A stretch of DNA of 64,000 nucleotides from Macrostomum lignano (lineage: Eukaryota), in the NCBI GenBank assembly GCA_002269645.1, contig NIVC01001263.1:1-64000 (forward strand). Reading direction: 5' to 3'. The notes beneath the pieces were generated by a model that was not told the DNA's origin, searched no databases, and saw only the letters and a program-made list of their open reading frames with translations. The translations under genes and the position numbers were made by a program. Below are positions 36,892 through 48,013 of the stretch, one piece after another (the first letter of the stretch is position 1; each line of letters begins with the position of its first letter).

Positions 36892-38309
36892 ATGGCAACC
36901 AGAGGTCAGAAGCAATCGGATGAGCAGCGGCTGACGGAGCTGCACGACAAGCTGTCGCAGTCGAAGCGAGTCCTGGTGCTGACTGGTGCCGGGGTCAGCG
37001 CCGAGTCGGGCATCCCGACCTTCCGTGGCTCCACGGCCGGCAGCTGGCGCGGCTTCACCATCTCGGAGCTGGCCTGCCCGGAGGCCTTCCAGAGAAGCCC
37101 CAGCCAGGTGTGGGAGCTGTACCACTACCGGCGGGAGAAGTCGCTGGCCGCCAAGCCCAACCTCGCCCACGTGGCCATCGCCAAATTCGAGCAATTCTGC
37201 CTTAAGCGCGGCATCGACTTCATGCTGGCCACGCAGAACATCGACCGGCTGCACCAGCGGGCCGGCAGCAGCCGCGTTATCGAGCTGCACCGGAGCCTCT
37301 TCCTGGTGCGCTGCACCGCCTGCGACTCCGTGACTGAAAACTACGACAGCCCGATCTGCGAGGCACTGCGCGGCCGCGGCGACCCCAGCCCGCAGGCCGA
37401 CTCCACACCGATTCCCGAGGACCAGCTGCCCAGGTTACTGCTGACAATTATTTGCTGTCTGTCTGTCTGTCTGTATTAGAGAATACAATCCGGGATTTCA
37501 ATCACTCGAGATCCAAGAAATTCTAATTATCCCAGGATCCCAGGATCGACCATAGGGGATTCCGAAAATTGCCAATCCGGATAGTGCTGACTAGTTATTA
37601 ATAATTAGTAATTGCTAACTAACTTATTTTGTGCTTTGCACTCAATCCACTCAATTCATATTGGATCGGTCTCGTATTTGTAGCTATAAATATCAATTTA
37701 GCATTGCTAATTGACTAAAGAGAGAAGATTACTTGAGTACAATATCCCTAAAACACTAGCTGCTTTTGCTGAAATTGTTAAGGCAGGAAAAGCTTGGCCT
37801 TTCCAAGAATTTAAGTGCAGTGCAATGATTGCACGTTTTAATTCAATTTTTTTACATTTAGATTTCTTTGCGAAGCTTGTTTACAATTATAAAATGACTT
37901 TACAAATTATAATGTGATATGCGAGGCTGTGTGCGTACTCTGAAAATGAGTCTGAATTGTCCGGTTTCCACCACATCTTGCATATCAGATAGATCTCTGC
38001 CTGCCACCTTGCAGGTGCGCTGGCTGCTCTGGCCTGCTGCGCCCCTACGTGGTTTGGTTTGGCGAACCGCTAAACGAGGGCGAACTGAGCAGCGTGCAAG
38101 AGTTCGCCAACATGTCCGACTTCGTCCTGGTGGTTGGCACCAGCAACGCCGTCTACCCGGCCGCCATGATCGCCCCGGATGCGCGCAGGTCCGGCGCCCA
38201 GCTGGCCGAATTCAACCTGGACGCCAGCTGCAGCAGCAGCAACGACGTCAGCTACTTCGTTGCCGGGCCCTGCGGCTCCACTCTGCCCAAGGCCCTGCCC
38301 AGACTGTAG
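36892..38309 (+). CDS. SIRT5: NAD-dependent protein deacylase, class III sirtuin (SIRT5/CobB-like), ~278 aa
   Basis: Exons 36892-37433 and 38015-38309 (phase 2). GAGVSAESGIPTFRG, WELYHYRR (Tyr/Arg succinyl pocket), TQNIDRLH, CTAC...RCAGC zinc site, LRPYVVWFGE, VGTSNAVYPAA, EFN. Confidence 0.93.
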
Positions 38310-38579
38310 CCTGCTAGACTCCCTGAGTCCTGACTTATATTTATACAAATGTTTTAAACTATTGTATTCCCGACGTACTATTCTGACTGTTTGCGAAATA
38401 TATTGTAAGGTAGAGTCTACTCATACGGTAGTCTTCTTAGGACGGAAATATTATTTTAAAAATATTCACATTCTTTTGTAATTTTAAAATCAATTTAAGA
38501 AACTATAGAGAACTTTTTGGCGTTAAAAACAAACATTTAAACAAGCAACTTCAAGGATATATACTAACTTTTTTAACGC

Positions 38580-38830
38580 CTCTAGGTTCGAGCGTTGGAC
38601 TCACGACTGAAAGGTCGGGTTTTCTCGACCCCAATCGGAACAATGTGTCCTTTAGCAAGACACTTAATTCTGCATTGCTTCAGCTCACCCAGCTGTAAAA
38701 TGGGTGCCAGCATTAGCTGGGGTAATTAAAGGTGTGTGCGGCGACCCCCCCCCCCCCCAGTTCTTGGACTGAAGACTGAACAGCCGTACGCAGCCTTCAG
38801 ATGCGCTGCACAATAGCTGCGGCTGAGCTG
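38580..38830 (+). mobile_element. tRNA-derived CORE-like SINE, uninterrupted copy
   Basis: tRNA-like head (ggttcgagcgttggactcacgactgaaaggtcggg) followed by tgtgtcctttagcaagacacttaa...cacccagctgtaaaatggg; matches the 21830 copy. Confidence 0.65.
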
Positions 38831-39541
38831 TCGGTTGCACATCTGCCCATTAGAGAGATGTAATCAATTATAGTATTATTTATTAATTTAACGAAATAAT
38901 TCGTTCAAAAGTTATTCGTGAAAATATTACGAGCGTATACATTCTGATGACTTCAAAACTGAGATGAGAAGAAAACTGAAAACATTTGATAACCCGGCTG
39001 ATATTTTTGCCGTCACGCAAAAATATTCCAAAGCGTAAGATTAAAATGACTCAATCGTGGATGCTGGTCCATTTATGCAATAATTTTAGTCCGCCTTGCA
39101 TTGTAGGGTGGCCTGCCGATTAGAAGAGAGAAAAATGAAGTCACAAGAATACAGGCCGGGAGAGCAGGGTTGGTGGAGTGGGTGGGTGCTAAGACTACGC
39201 GCCTTCTCGTTTATTCTGATGCTGATCGGAGAATAAGGCCACACGCGAGTGCGCGCAATGTACACTCGTCCCTCTACCCCTCGCTTCCTCCACCCCACTG
39301 CGTGAGCCAATAGGAGAGGAGATACAACTGGCTGCACACCACCAGCTTAAGCCAGGCAGTCTGAGTCACCGCAATAGGCCCCCATTTTTCCGTCCCCGAT
39401 CGCCCCCCACCAATTAAATAAATGCACCCTTTATCGATTGATCGTAAACTGAGCATATGAAAGTCCCAGCGCCAGTCGCAGCGAGCTCAGGAGTTCCAGC
39501 AGACAAAAAATACAAACCCATCAACCACCACAGTCTCTAGA

Positions 39542-40960
39542 ATGCGGTTCCTGTGCTGCTGCTGCTGCCGGCGGAGAAGCAGCGTCGACGAGAAAAATGC
39601 CGCCAACACCGAGGCCATTGAGAACGCCCGCGCCGCTGACAGCGATGATGACAGCTTGAAGCAGGACTCGCTGGACAACTTCCGCTTTCGGGAAAACGAT
39701 CAAGCAAAGCTTCGCAGTCCCAACTTTCCGCTTCTCAAAGCGGCCGGGAAAAAGTCTAACGCTGGCCTTGGCCGCTCCGATGAAGCCTATTTTGTGCCGT
39801 TCGTTGTGGACTCGCCGGACAAGCCAGATTCGCCGCCCGTCGTTGCGCGCACAGCCGCCGTCTCGACTGCTACTGTGCACGCCAACGCTGTCACTGCTGC
39901 CAGTACTGTTACTAGCGCTGCCGTGCCACCGAAAAGTGAGAAGCCAGTTGCGTCGTCGGATTCTGCCGCGCCATCCAACAACAAAAGCAGCGCCATCACA
40001 AACGCCACTGGTACTACAAGTACAAATACTAGGGCGGCTCCTAGCGAAGTTGCTAGTTGCATCGCCAACGCTCAGCTGGCTTCGGTTGCGTCTGCTGCGG
40101 CTGCTGTCGCGGCTGCCAGGTCTGCAAAACATGCCGCTCCTGAAAGCACCAAAGCGGCCACTGTTACAGCCGCCGCCGCTTTTACTTCTCAAGGGAACGC
40201 CAATGCTGCAACTCGAGAGGCTGCTACTGTTTCAGCGCCACAAAAAGCAGCTAATGTAGCCAAGACCGGTGCCACTGCCACCACCAATGCTACTGCAGCT
40301 CCCAAGACCACCACCAATGCTACTGCAGCTCCCAAGACCATCACCAATGCTACTGCAGCTCCCAAGACCATCACCAATGCCGCTGCAGCTCCCAAGACCA
40401 TCACCAATGCCGCTGCAGCTCCCAAGACCATCACCAATGCCACTGCAGCTCCCAAGACCATCACCAATGCTACTGCGGCTCCCAAGACCATCACCAATGC
40501 CGCTGCAGCTCCCAAGACCATCACCAATGCCGCTGCAGCTCCCAAGACCATCACCAATGCCACTGCAGCTCCCAAGACCACCACCAATGCCGCTGCAGCT
40601 CCCAAGACCATCACCAATGCTACTGCGGCTCCCAAGGCGTCCTCGGAAGCCACTGTGGTTAAAAAGGCAGTCGCTAAGCCCAATACAACCACCGGTACTG
40701 CAGGCGTGAAGGCTGGCACCAATTCAAACGGTGCAGCTGCGGCTGTTTCAAGTGGCAATGCGGAAGCAGCAACTGACGGGACTTCTACTTCAACCCTGCC
40801 AAGAGTCAAGAAGAACGCTGCTCCATCTACTGGAACACTTCCAAGGGCTGCAACCGTTACTGCTCAAGCTAAAGCTGCGCCTTCGAACCAGGGTGCCGCG
40901 CCGAAGACGGCAAAAACGGTGACAGCAGCGAAAGCGCCCTCGGACGGTGCCAAGTCGTGA
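39542..40960 (+). CDS. Orphan 472-aa protein: N-terminal CCCCC-RRR, disordered Ala/Thr-rich body, ~12 x 10-aa APKTITNA(A/T)A repeats
   Basis: Single long ATG ORF that stays open across both non-repetitive flanks and the 30-bp repeats (~40270-40635); acceptor-like CTCTAG immediately before the ATG; no family recognised. Confidence 0.7.
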   Translation: MRFLCCCCCRRRSSVDEKNAANTEAIENARAADSDDDSLKQDSLDNFRFRENDQAKLRSPNFPLLKAAGKKSNAGLGRSDEAYFVPFVVDSPDKPDSPPVVARTAAVSTATVHANAVTAASTVTSAAVPPKSEKPVASSDSAAPSNNKSSAITNATGTTSTNTRAAPSEVASCIANAQLASVASAAAAVAAARSAKHAAPESTKAATVTAAAAFTSQGNANAATREAATVSAPQKAANVAKTGATATTNATAAPKTTTNATAAPKTITNATAAPKTITNAAAAPKTITNAAAAPKTITNATAAPKTITNATAAPKTITNAAAAPKTITNAAAAPKTITNATAAPKTTTNAAAAPKTITNATAAPKASSEATVVKKAVAKPNTTTGTAGVKAGTNSNGAAAAVSSGNAEAATDGTSTSTLPRVKKNAAPSTGTLPRAATVTAQAKAAPSNQGAAPKTAKTVTAAKAPSDGAKS

Positions 40961-41568
40961 GCAGCGTGCGGAGACGAAAGGCATGTTCTCAGCTCATCTA
41001 TAAATAGACCATTTTGCTACTTGCTCACTGTTTGGATCTTAAAACCCCCTTGCGATACCAAATCTGCTTGTGCCAGCGTTCAAACGAGGATTTTTTATAT
41101 CTGCATTTTTATCATCTATCCCGGTCTTAAAGTTCGCTTGGTTCTTTTCACATGAAATATTTTATTCACCACTGAGCAAATATTTTAGAACAACAAATAA
41201 ATCGATTGTGTTGTTTCTGCCGCAAAATTTATTGCAAAGTTTGGCCTCTTGATTCATTTCTATCGGGATGGCCCGCGTTTTATTGCGACGACTGTGAGAC
41301 GAATACAACGTCTCTGATTAATAGTTTGCATCTGAAGAGCAATGCTAAGGTGACGTATTTGCAAATAGCAAGAATATAAACTCTTCATTAAAAATTTGAC
41401 GCTCAGCCAATGGCAATTGTCCCGGTCCTACATTGTTGCTCTAGGGGGGGGGGGTGAGTGAGCCGTTTATAAATCAAGTAAATTGTTTTGAAAACCGACT
41501 CACCTCGCTGCTTAGCCCCTGACTTTAAACAGTTTATCAAATGCTAAAACTTGGTTGAAGCTTTCAAA

Positions 41569-43557
41569 ATGCTTCTGTTAATTCCCGGTCTGGGCATCTG
41601 GATTGCTGCGGTTGTACATTTGTTAGCAACTGGTAAGTACATGTACTGACTACTTGAGTCTAGCTTTTCTTAGAAAACTAAACAGACTGAGCCGCAACTT
41701 CATCCAGACGTGACTGCCACCCCAACAACCTTGACGATCTCGAGCGGTCAGTTTCTGGAGCCTTCGGGACCGATCCAGCTGGAGGAGTCTGTCAGCTCCG
41801 TGATTGCCGAGACGGTGGTTTCCCTGCGTCTCAGCTGCTTTGTGATGTGCGCGCTGAGGCGCTGCGCCATTCTGGTGCTACGGTCGGGCGGGCTCTGCCA
41901 GCTGATCGTCGTCAACGATGCCTCGGCGACGGCGGGTCCACCTGACAGTCACGTGCCGCGGCTGGTGGGAGCGGAGCCAGGCGATCAGGTGTGGAAGGTG
42001 TCCGACCTGCAGAAGCTGCTAAATGACAGGAAATACGGAAACTTTGTCTTCAAAAGTAAGCGAACGTTTTAGCCGGTGCTGCATCCAGGGACCACTGGCA
42101 GTGGAAGGACGAAACGAGTCAGTGATGGAAATTTGCTTCTTGAGGGCCCAATTTTGCTTTAAAATGCAGTGAAATTCAGTGAGATGGAAACGTGATGTTT
42201 TACTGCACCCAGGGACCAGTAAATGAAAAAACACTTCAAAATTATGAAAGTTTGCTATAATAGGGCCCAATTTTGCTTCGAAATGGAAAAGTAACATTAA
42301 GAAGTCCAGTATTTTTTGCCACTAAATTGGCTGGCTACATCCTCACCTTCTGGGACTTCCGGTATGCGTATTGTAAGGTTGGTGCACGTGTGATCAATTT
42401 GTGATTTACTATACAAGTTTGCTAAAGAAATTTTGTGCCTTCTGCTCTGCGTAGCCTGCATAGCATCAACTGTGGTTTAATAGGATCTGCCAATACATAT
42501 TGGACCGGCTCAAAGAAACAAAGTCGACAATGCACTTCTGACCAAGCACATGTGGTGGCTTCTTTATATGATCTCGAAGTTCAAAGATTTGATTTTAATT
42601 GCAGATTCGAGCACAGGCCCCAACGGCACCATTCAGGCCCTGACGATCTCCCTAACCGGCTGCTATCGAATCGAGGCCTTCGGCGCCAAAGGCGGTACCT
42701 CAGCTCCGACAAGCTCAACGCCTCCGACTGTGACAGCCGGCGGCCTAGGGGCCTTCATGGCGGGAAGCTTCAACCTGACAGCCGGCACCCAGCTGGCCAT
42801 CGTGGTTGGCCAGCGGGGCGGCGACCCGTCGCAGGCGCACGAGAAAGCCGGAGCTGGCGGCGGCGGCGGAAGCTTCGTGTACGTCAGCACTGAGGTCGGC
42901 GACCAGCCGCTGATCATAGCTGGCGGCGGCGGCGGAGGGACCTTTGGGGATGTCGGTGAGCTGGACTGACTGCTAAGCTTATTGACTGCAAGATTAAGGC
43001 ATTGCAAAGTCAGCTGGGGCACTGCTAAATGGCCAAATGATGAAATGATTTTGCATCCGCTGAGCAGGTATTCCCGGCCAGAACGGAACCAGCGGCTCGG
43101 ACACGACGCCCTGCGGCTGCAACTCCCGCTTTTACGGTTTCGGCGGCACCAACGGCCAGCCGGGCATCGTGAACGTCGCCAACGCCTCCAGTGTCTATTA
43201 TTTCGGCGGCGCCGGCGCAGGCTGGCTCGGCCGCGCCCGGACAACCGGCGCTCCGTTGCCGACGGGGACGGCGGCGGCAGCCGCGGCGAGGCCTGGCTGG
43301 GCGGAGTGGCCGGCGTCCTCAACTCCGGCGGCAGCGGTGGCTTCGGCGGAGGCGGCGGCGGCGGCAACGCGTTTGGAGGCAGCGGCGGTGGCGGCGGCTT
43401 CAGCGGGGGCGGCGCCGGCCTGGCCAGCCACCAGCCGGGAGGCGGCGGCGGCTCGTATTGCCATGGCAACAACGGTTGCTATGGCGTCACCGGCGGAAAT
43501 CCGGAAGATCAAGGCAGGGTGGTCGTCCACTTTCTGTCCAAGGCCTCTTGCCACTGA
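41569..43557 (+). CDS. Secreted protein: signal peptide + PAN/apple-like domain + ALK/LTK-type glycine-rich domain, ~417 aa (needs +1 C at 43236-43238)
   Basis: Exons 41569-41632, 41708-42055, 42605-42955, 43068-43557, all phase 1, GT-AG. MLLLIPGLGIWIAAVVHLLAT; C..C....C.......C.L; YRIEAFGAKGG...GGLGA...FNLTAGTQLAIVVGQRG...GGGGGSFV...IIAGGGGG; GGFGGGG, GGGGGFSGG, GGGGGSY. One frameshift in a C3 run. Confidence 0.8.
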
Positions 43558-44969
43558 TTGCCTTGGAACTGTTTGATAGCGGACTTCTTTAGCATCGAAA
43601 CTTTGCAGTAGCTATGACAACTCATTACTTTTTTTATATTTTATACGTTACTTAATGTGTTCTATCTTTTTGACGATTGAATTTGAGTAAAAGCTATTGC
43701 TGTTTACAGTGAGCTCTTGAAGAAAAGAAGCAAAAATATAAGTATGGAAGTACAAAAACTACTATATTTTTGTGTTACCAATGACCACAGACTCAGCAAT
43801 ACCACCATGCTATTTTAGTCGCAATTTGTCAGCGCCGAGGACGCATATCCCCCCCCCTACTATCCTTTAGTAGAGCTCTGGCAGTGGAATCATATGCATG
43901 CTCATATCTGTTTATCTCATAAATATTAAACTTGTATCTGGAACAAAAAAATTGATCCAGCCCCGAGGCAATTAAAATTTGCTTTAATCCTTGAAGTCAG
44001 CCGCTGCCGGCTCTTGTTAGGCGTCTCTCATTATTATATGCGCTCAGGCGGCTCATTAAATGCATTCATCATCAACGCTACTTAAATTCAGTTTATTGAT
44101 TGATTCAGGGGGGGAGGGCGTTGGCAAAGTCAGGTGAGACAGACGGTCATTCTGGGAGCTGAAATTATTATTATTGAGGCAAATTTTAGATATTCCAACT
44201 TTTTACCTGTATTAAATTTTTGAGCTGGCCACTTTATTGACTGTAAATTTTAAAGCTGCATCGGGAACTTTGATTGAAGTTAGCCACGGCCAATAATGAC
44301 AGTCACGTTCTCCGGGGTACTTGCAGTCTCCCCCCCGGATGTCACCAGCTAGGTTGAATATCCGGCCGAAAACTTAAGGTTTGCTTTGCGATATCCAGTT
44401 TGTGATGTCCTGGTAAAAGAAGTATAATGTATTAAAAAATGATTTTTTTGAACAAAAAAGACAAAAAACCTTGGGACAACGACTCTAGGGACTGGAGATC
44501 GCAAAGCAGACTCACATTTGTCTTGCGATCTCCGGCCGGAGACAGCAAGCGCACGGAGATTGCAAAGTCTAACACCGGGGCCTGGCGCAAGAGTCGGAGC
44601 TGCTCCCCCCCCCATATTGGCTCCCATATCTCGGTAGGCTGAGCTCTGCTGATCAATCCTGAAATTCACCTCATATTTGAATGCAAATGTGCAGAAAATA
44701 AAAAGTACTGTATTGTTAAAAACAACAAAATCGATAGACTTAACACTTCAGCTCACGCGCCCATCATGTGAAAATCGGAAATGTGAAAAAAGTGGTTTGT
44801 CTGCAGCGCCGGCTGTAACTCTTGAAATTATTTATGTTGGCATGAAAGCGCAGCCGTGAAAAATTCAACAGAAAAAACCACGGCAACATATCAGCTTTAC
44901 TGCTCCCTATGAGAGTTGCCTCAATGATGGAGGCTGGTTTTTATCGGACTCCCAGAACATTTCAACTCC

Positions 44970-45410
44970 GCAGCTGCAGCCTCTCAGCCAGACACCCACC
45001 TCGATCTGCAGCCTCTCAGACAGACACCCACCTCGATCTGCAGCCTCTCAGACAGACACCCACCTCGATCTGCAGCCTCTCAGACAGACACCCACCTCGA
45101 TCTGCAGCCTCTCAGACAGACACCCACCTCGATCTGCAGCCTCTCAGACAGACACCCACCTCGATCTGCAGCCTCTCAGACAGACACCCACATCGATCTG
45201 CAGCCTTTCAGACAGACACCCACCTCGATCTGCAGCCTCTCAGACAGACACCCACCTCGATCTGCAGCCTCTCAGACAGACACCCACCTCGATCTGCAGC
45301 CTCTCAGACAGACACCCACCTCGATCTGCAGCCTCTCAGACAGACACCCACCTCGATCTGCAGCCTCTCAGACAGACACCCACCTCGATCTGCAGCCTCT
45401 CAGACAGACT
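44970..45410. repeat. 32-bp minisatellite (ctgcagcctctcagacagacacccacctcgat), ~13 copies
   Basis: Direct tandem units without spacers. Confidence 0.95.
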
Positions 45411-46264
45411 GCCTTCTGTCAACAGTAGTCTTCTGTCAACGCTTCTGTCAACAGTATTCCTGCGACAAGGACCAAGCCACAGCGAGCTGTAGCTGATGTA
45501 AAAGCTCTTGCAGTAATTCTCCGGTGGCTTGGTCCGTTGCCCTCCTGGTGGAGGATTATTTTTGCATTAAAAAATTTGACTCTGGCAAATCAGTGAAGCG
45601 CATCCGGTTTGGAACGATAACTGAAGTCTCCAAAAAAGGCCTTAAATTTGAATCGCTAAGCTTCTCGAGTATAGCTCGTAAATAACTCGACCAGTTTTCC
45701 TCTCCGCTGGTTGGTGTGTGTTATCAGTGCAGATCACGGCCCCAGTAGATATCCCATTTCAATTCAAGTAAATCACGCTTGCAGCTTCTCTCTTAGCTGG
45801 CAGAGTTGATGGCCCCTCTGCAGTGCTATATTACAGTTCGGGCGCGCATTCTTGGAATCCTCGGCCCGAAGCAATCGTTCACAAAGCGATTCATTTTCTT
45901 GACCAAGCGGGTCGCCCTGGATAGCTATGAAACTCCGTGACTCACGCCCGGAACTGCGGCAAGTTTTGGGGAATGACTTTTTAGCTGCGGTCGGAGAAAT
46001 TGGGGATGAGGGGAGAGAAATGGGAAGACGATTCGCTCGCAGGGTGGGTGCGGGATGATAGAATGGTTTGGTGGACCGGGGAATTGCACTAGTCAGCCTG
46101 GTCGGTGGGGTGGCTCTGGGTGGGTCAGGGATGTGCAAGGTGTTAAGGCTGGCTGGAAAATAACTATCTATCCAAAGTCTATACACTGCTGAGGGCGGCG
46201 CAGCACTGACTTATTAATTGGGTGGACTGCATTGGAGGCAGGTCAAACTGAACCTTGACTGATC

Positions 46265-46362
46265 GGCAGTGAGATCTGAGGTGAGATCTGCAGCGAGATC
46301 GGCAGTGAGATCGGCAGTGAGATCTGAGGTGAGATCGGCAGTGAGATCGGCAGTGAGATCGG
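46265..46362. repeat. ~12-bp tandem repeat (gagatcggcagt)
   Basis: Direct observation. Confidence 0.8.
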
Positions 46363-46390
46363 CGCAGTTAATTTTCCACCTGACGACAGG

Positions 46391-46849
46391 CTGACTGCAA
46401 TGCAGCCATCTCGAGTGTCAGTGGGCTGTCAGACCGAGGACTCCAGCCTTTGTACTTTGCCTTCGGTCGCCGCTGTCCCGGAATGCAGTTACGGCAGCTG
46501 CGAGGCCGCGGCGACGGCTGCGGCAGAATCGCAGCAACTTCCAGACGACGCCGTGACACGCTGGCTGCGGAGCACCGCTGTGTCAGCCGGCTCGAGCTCC
46601 GTAGTGCAGACGGTGTGCGATGTCTCCACGACGGCGGCTTTGCCTTTGACAGCAGTGACGGCGGCGGCAACGGCGACCCAGACAACCACGGAGGATCAGG
46701 CGGCTTCGCAGCCGGGCAGCGTGTCCTTCAGTCGGCCGAGCTCCATCGCTCTGTCGGACGTGTTCCAGTCAGACGAGGAGGGCCCAGCGATGGACACGCG
46801 GTCGCGCGGCGTCTCAACCATCATCGACTGGGATGAGCAGAGGATTTAA
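46391..46849 (+). CDS. Probable terminal coding exon (or short gene) of an unknown disordered Ser/Thr/Ala-rich protein
   Basis: GC3-rich 149-codon ORF (ATG 46400) preceded by ctgac...cag branch/acceptor-like sequence and followed by AT-rich DNA; no family recognised. Confidence 0.5.
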   Translation: MTAMQPSRVSVGCQTEDSSLCTLPSVAAVPECSYGSCEAAATAAAESQQLPDDAVTRWLRSTAVSAGSSSVVQTVCDVSTTAALPLTAVTAAATATQTTTEDQAASQPGSVSFSRPSSIALSDVFQSDEEGPAMDTRSRGVSTIIDWDEQRI

Positions 46850-47677
46850 ATATATCTAATCATTCGAGCTTGTGTCTCATTGCGCAATGTCGTTAAAAAC
46901 TTTGCAGCGTAATCCATTCAGCAAATACAAAGTTTTTTATTAATCAGAGAATTACATGTAGTCAGGTGTTGCTTGCATATGCGATATCTTACATTAAAGT
47001 TCCAAGCTTGACAATTTCGAACAGGAGTGTAAATCGTTTCCTTTGAAAGAAATAAATGTAACAATTTGTAGATGCTCGAAAGACTAAATAATCACGGGAA
47101 AGAAATTTGAAATAGCTCGTAAAAACTGGTGTCTTTTTGTTTAAAATTTAGTTTTATATAATAGATACATGTAATACTAGCTCGTTACAAGTACAACTAC
47201 ATGTAAGTCGAGTGTATTTATTTTAGATGCATAACTTACTTTCCACCAATTAAGGAAGTAGTTATAAGTTTACTGAATAGTTGAATATTTGAAGCATTGA
47301 CGAATGAATGCATTGTTCAAAGCTGTACGTCCCGTAATTATATAAACTGCATGATTAATGGCCATGAAATGATGCATAGATTTATTGAGGAATTAAATAA
47401 TCAAACCAACGCTTTTTTCTATCAACGCAACCAAAATTTAAATATTAGGAACTCACTTTACAATCAAAAGCCAACGACCAATTGAAGTATATTGAATTTT
47501 TTGTCAATTTATTAATTCAAAATATTTAGGACAAATATTGAAGTATCTTTTCAGTCCTTTAGGTCTCTTCTTGTGATATTTTATGGAACCGTGCAAGATG
47601 CTTATTTAATCTGAAGTACGTACAACTTAAGCGGAAAATGCACCACCAAGATGGAAACATTTCATGTCTTTATTAAT

Positions 47678-48003
47678 CACAGATATACTAGAGTATAACT
47701 AGATGGGCCACTCAGGAATACATACTTAGCAAAACACTTTCTACTTTCAGTTCAGTTGCAATGAAGGATTACATATGGTATAATAAGAAAATAAAGGCGG
47801 CTGGATGACTTTGATAAGTTTAGAAGCCAAGCTTGGCAGACGTAAACAGCTTGCTAATTGGTTCAGCCATAATGTACATTAGCCACTGAAATGTACACGG
47901 CAGATTTAGGCTGGAACAACCGAGGAATACAAAAATGGTGGCGTGTGGCAAGGGGGTAGAAAAGTTCAGTGTGGTCGAGTTTGAGGGTTTAATTAAGCTA
48001 GGT
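47678..48003. mobile_element. Left half of a CACAGAT-family MITE split by the polB element (right half 58465-58588)
   Basis: Colinear with 34806-35251 up to gagggtttaa..gct; the remainder (taagagccaataaat...atatctgtg) resumes after the element. Confidence 0.85.
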
Positions 48004-48013
48004 GGGGGGGGGG

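Noticed and set aside
38580-38640. Possible tRNA gene
   Set aside because: No complete cloverleaf; it continues into a CORE-like body and has a second diverged copy, so it is a SINE head.
40260-40640. Antifreeze-protein resemblance of the Ala/Thr repeats
   Set aside because: 10-aa period with Pro and Lys, no signal peptide; fits neither the type I AFP 11-mer nor the AFGP tripeptide.
43840-44660. Possible MITE ends (poly-C then gagctctg) at ~43870 and ~44645
   Set aside because: Could not pair them as TIRs or find a TSD.
44970-45410. 32-bp repeats of CRISPR-like length
   Set aside because: Head-to-tail with no unique spacers, no cas genes, eukaryotic context.
45773-46186. 137-aa minus-strand ORF, and a faint LRAT/NlpC-like look on the plus strand (PEAIVHKAIHFL...RNCGKF)
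   Set aside because: The plus frame has two stops and the similarity is too short; the minus ORF has no ATG or motif. Needs RNA evidence.
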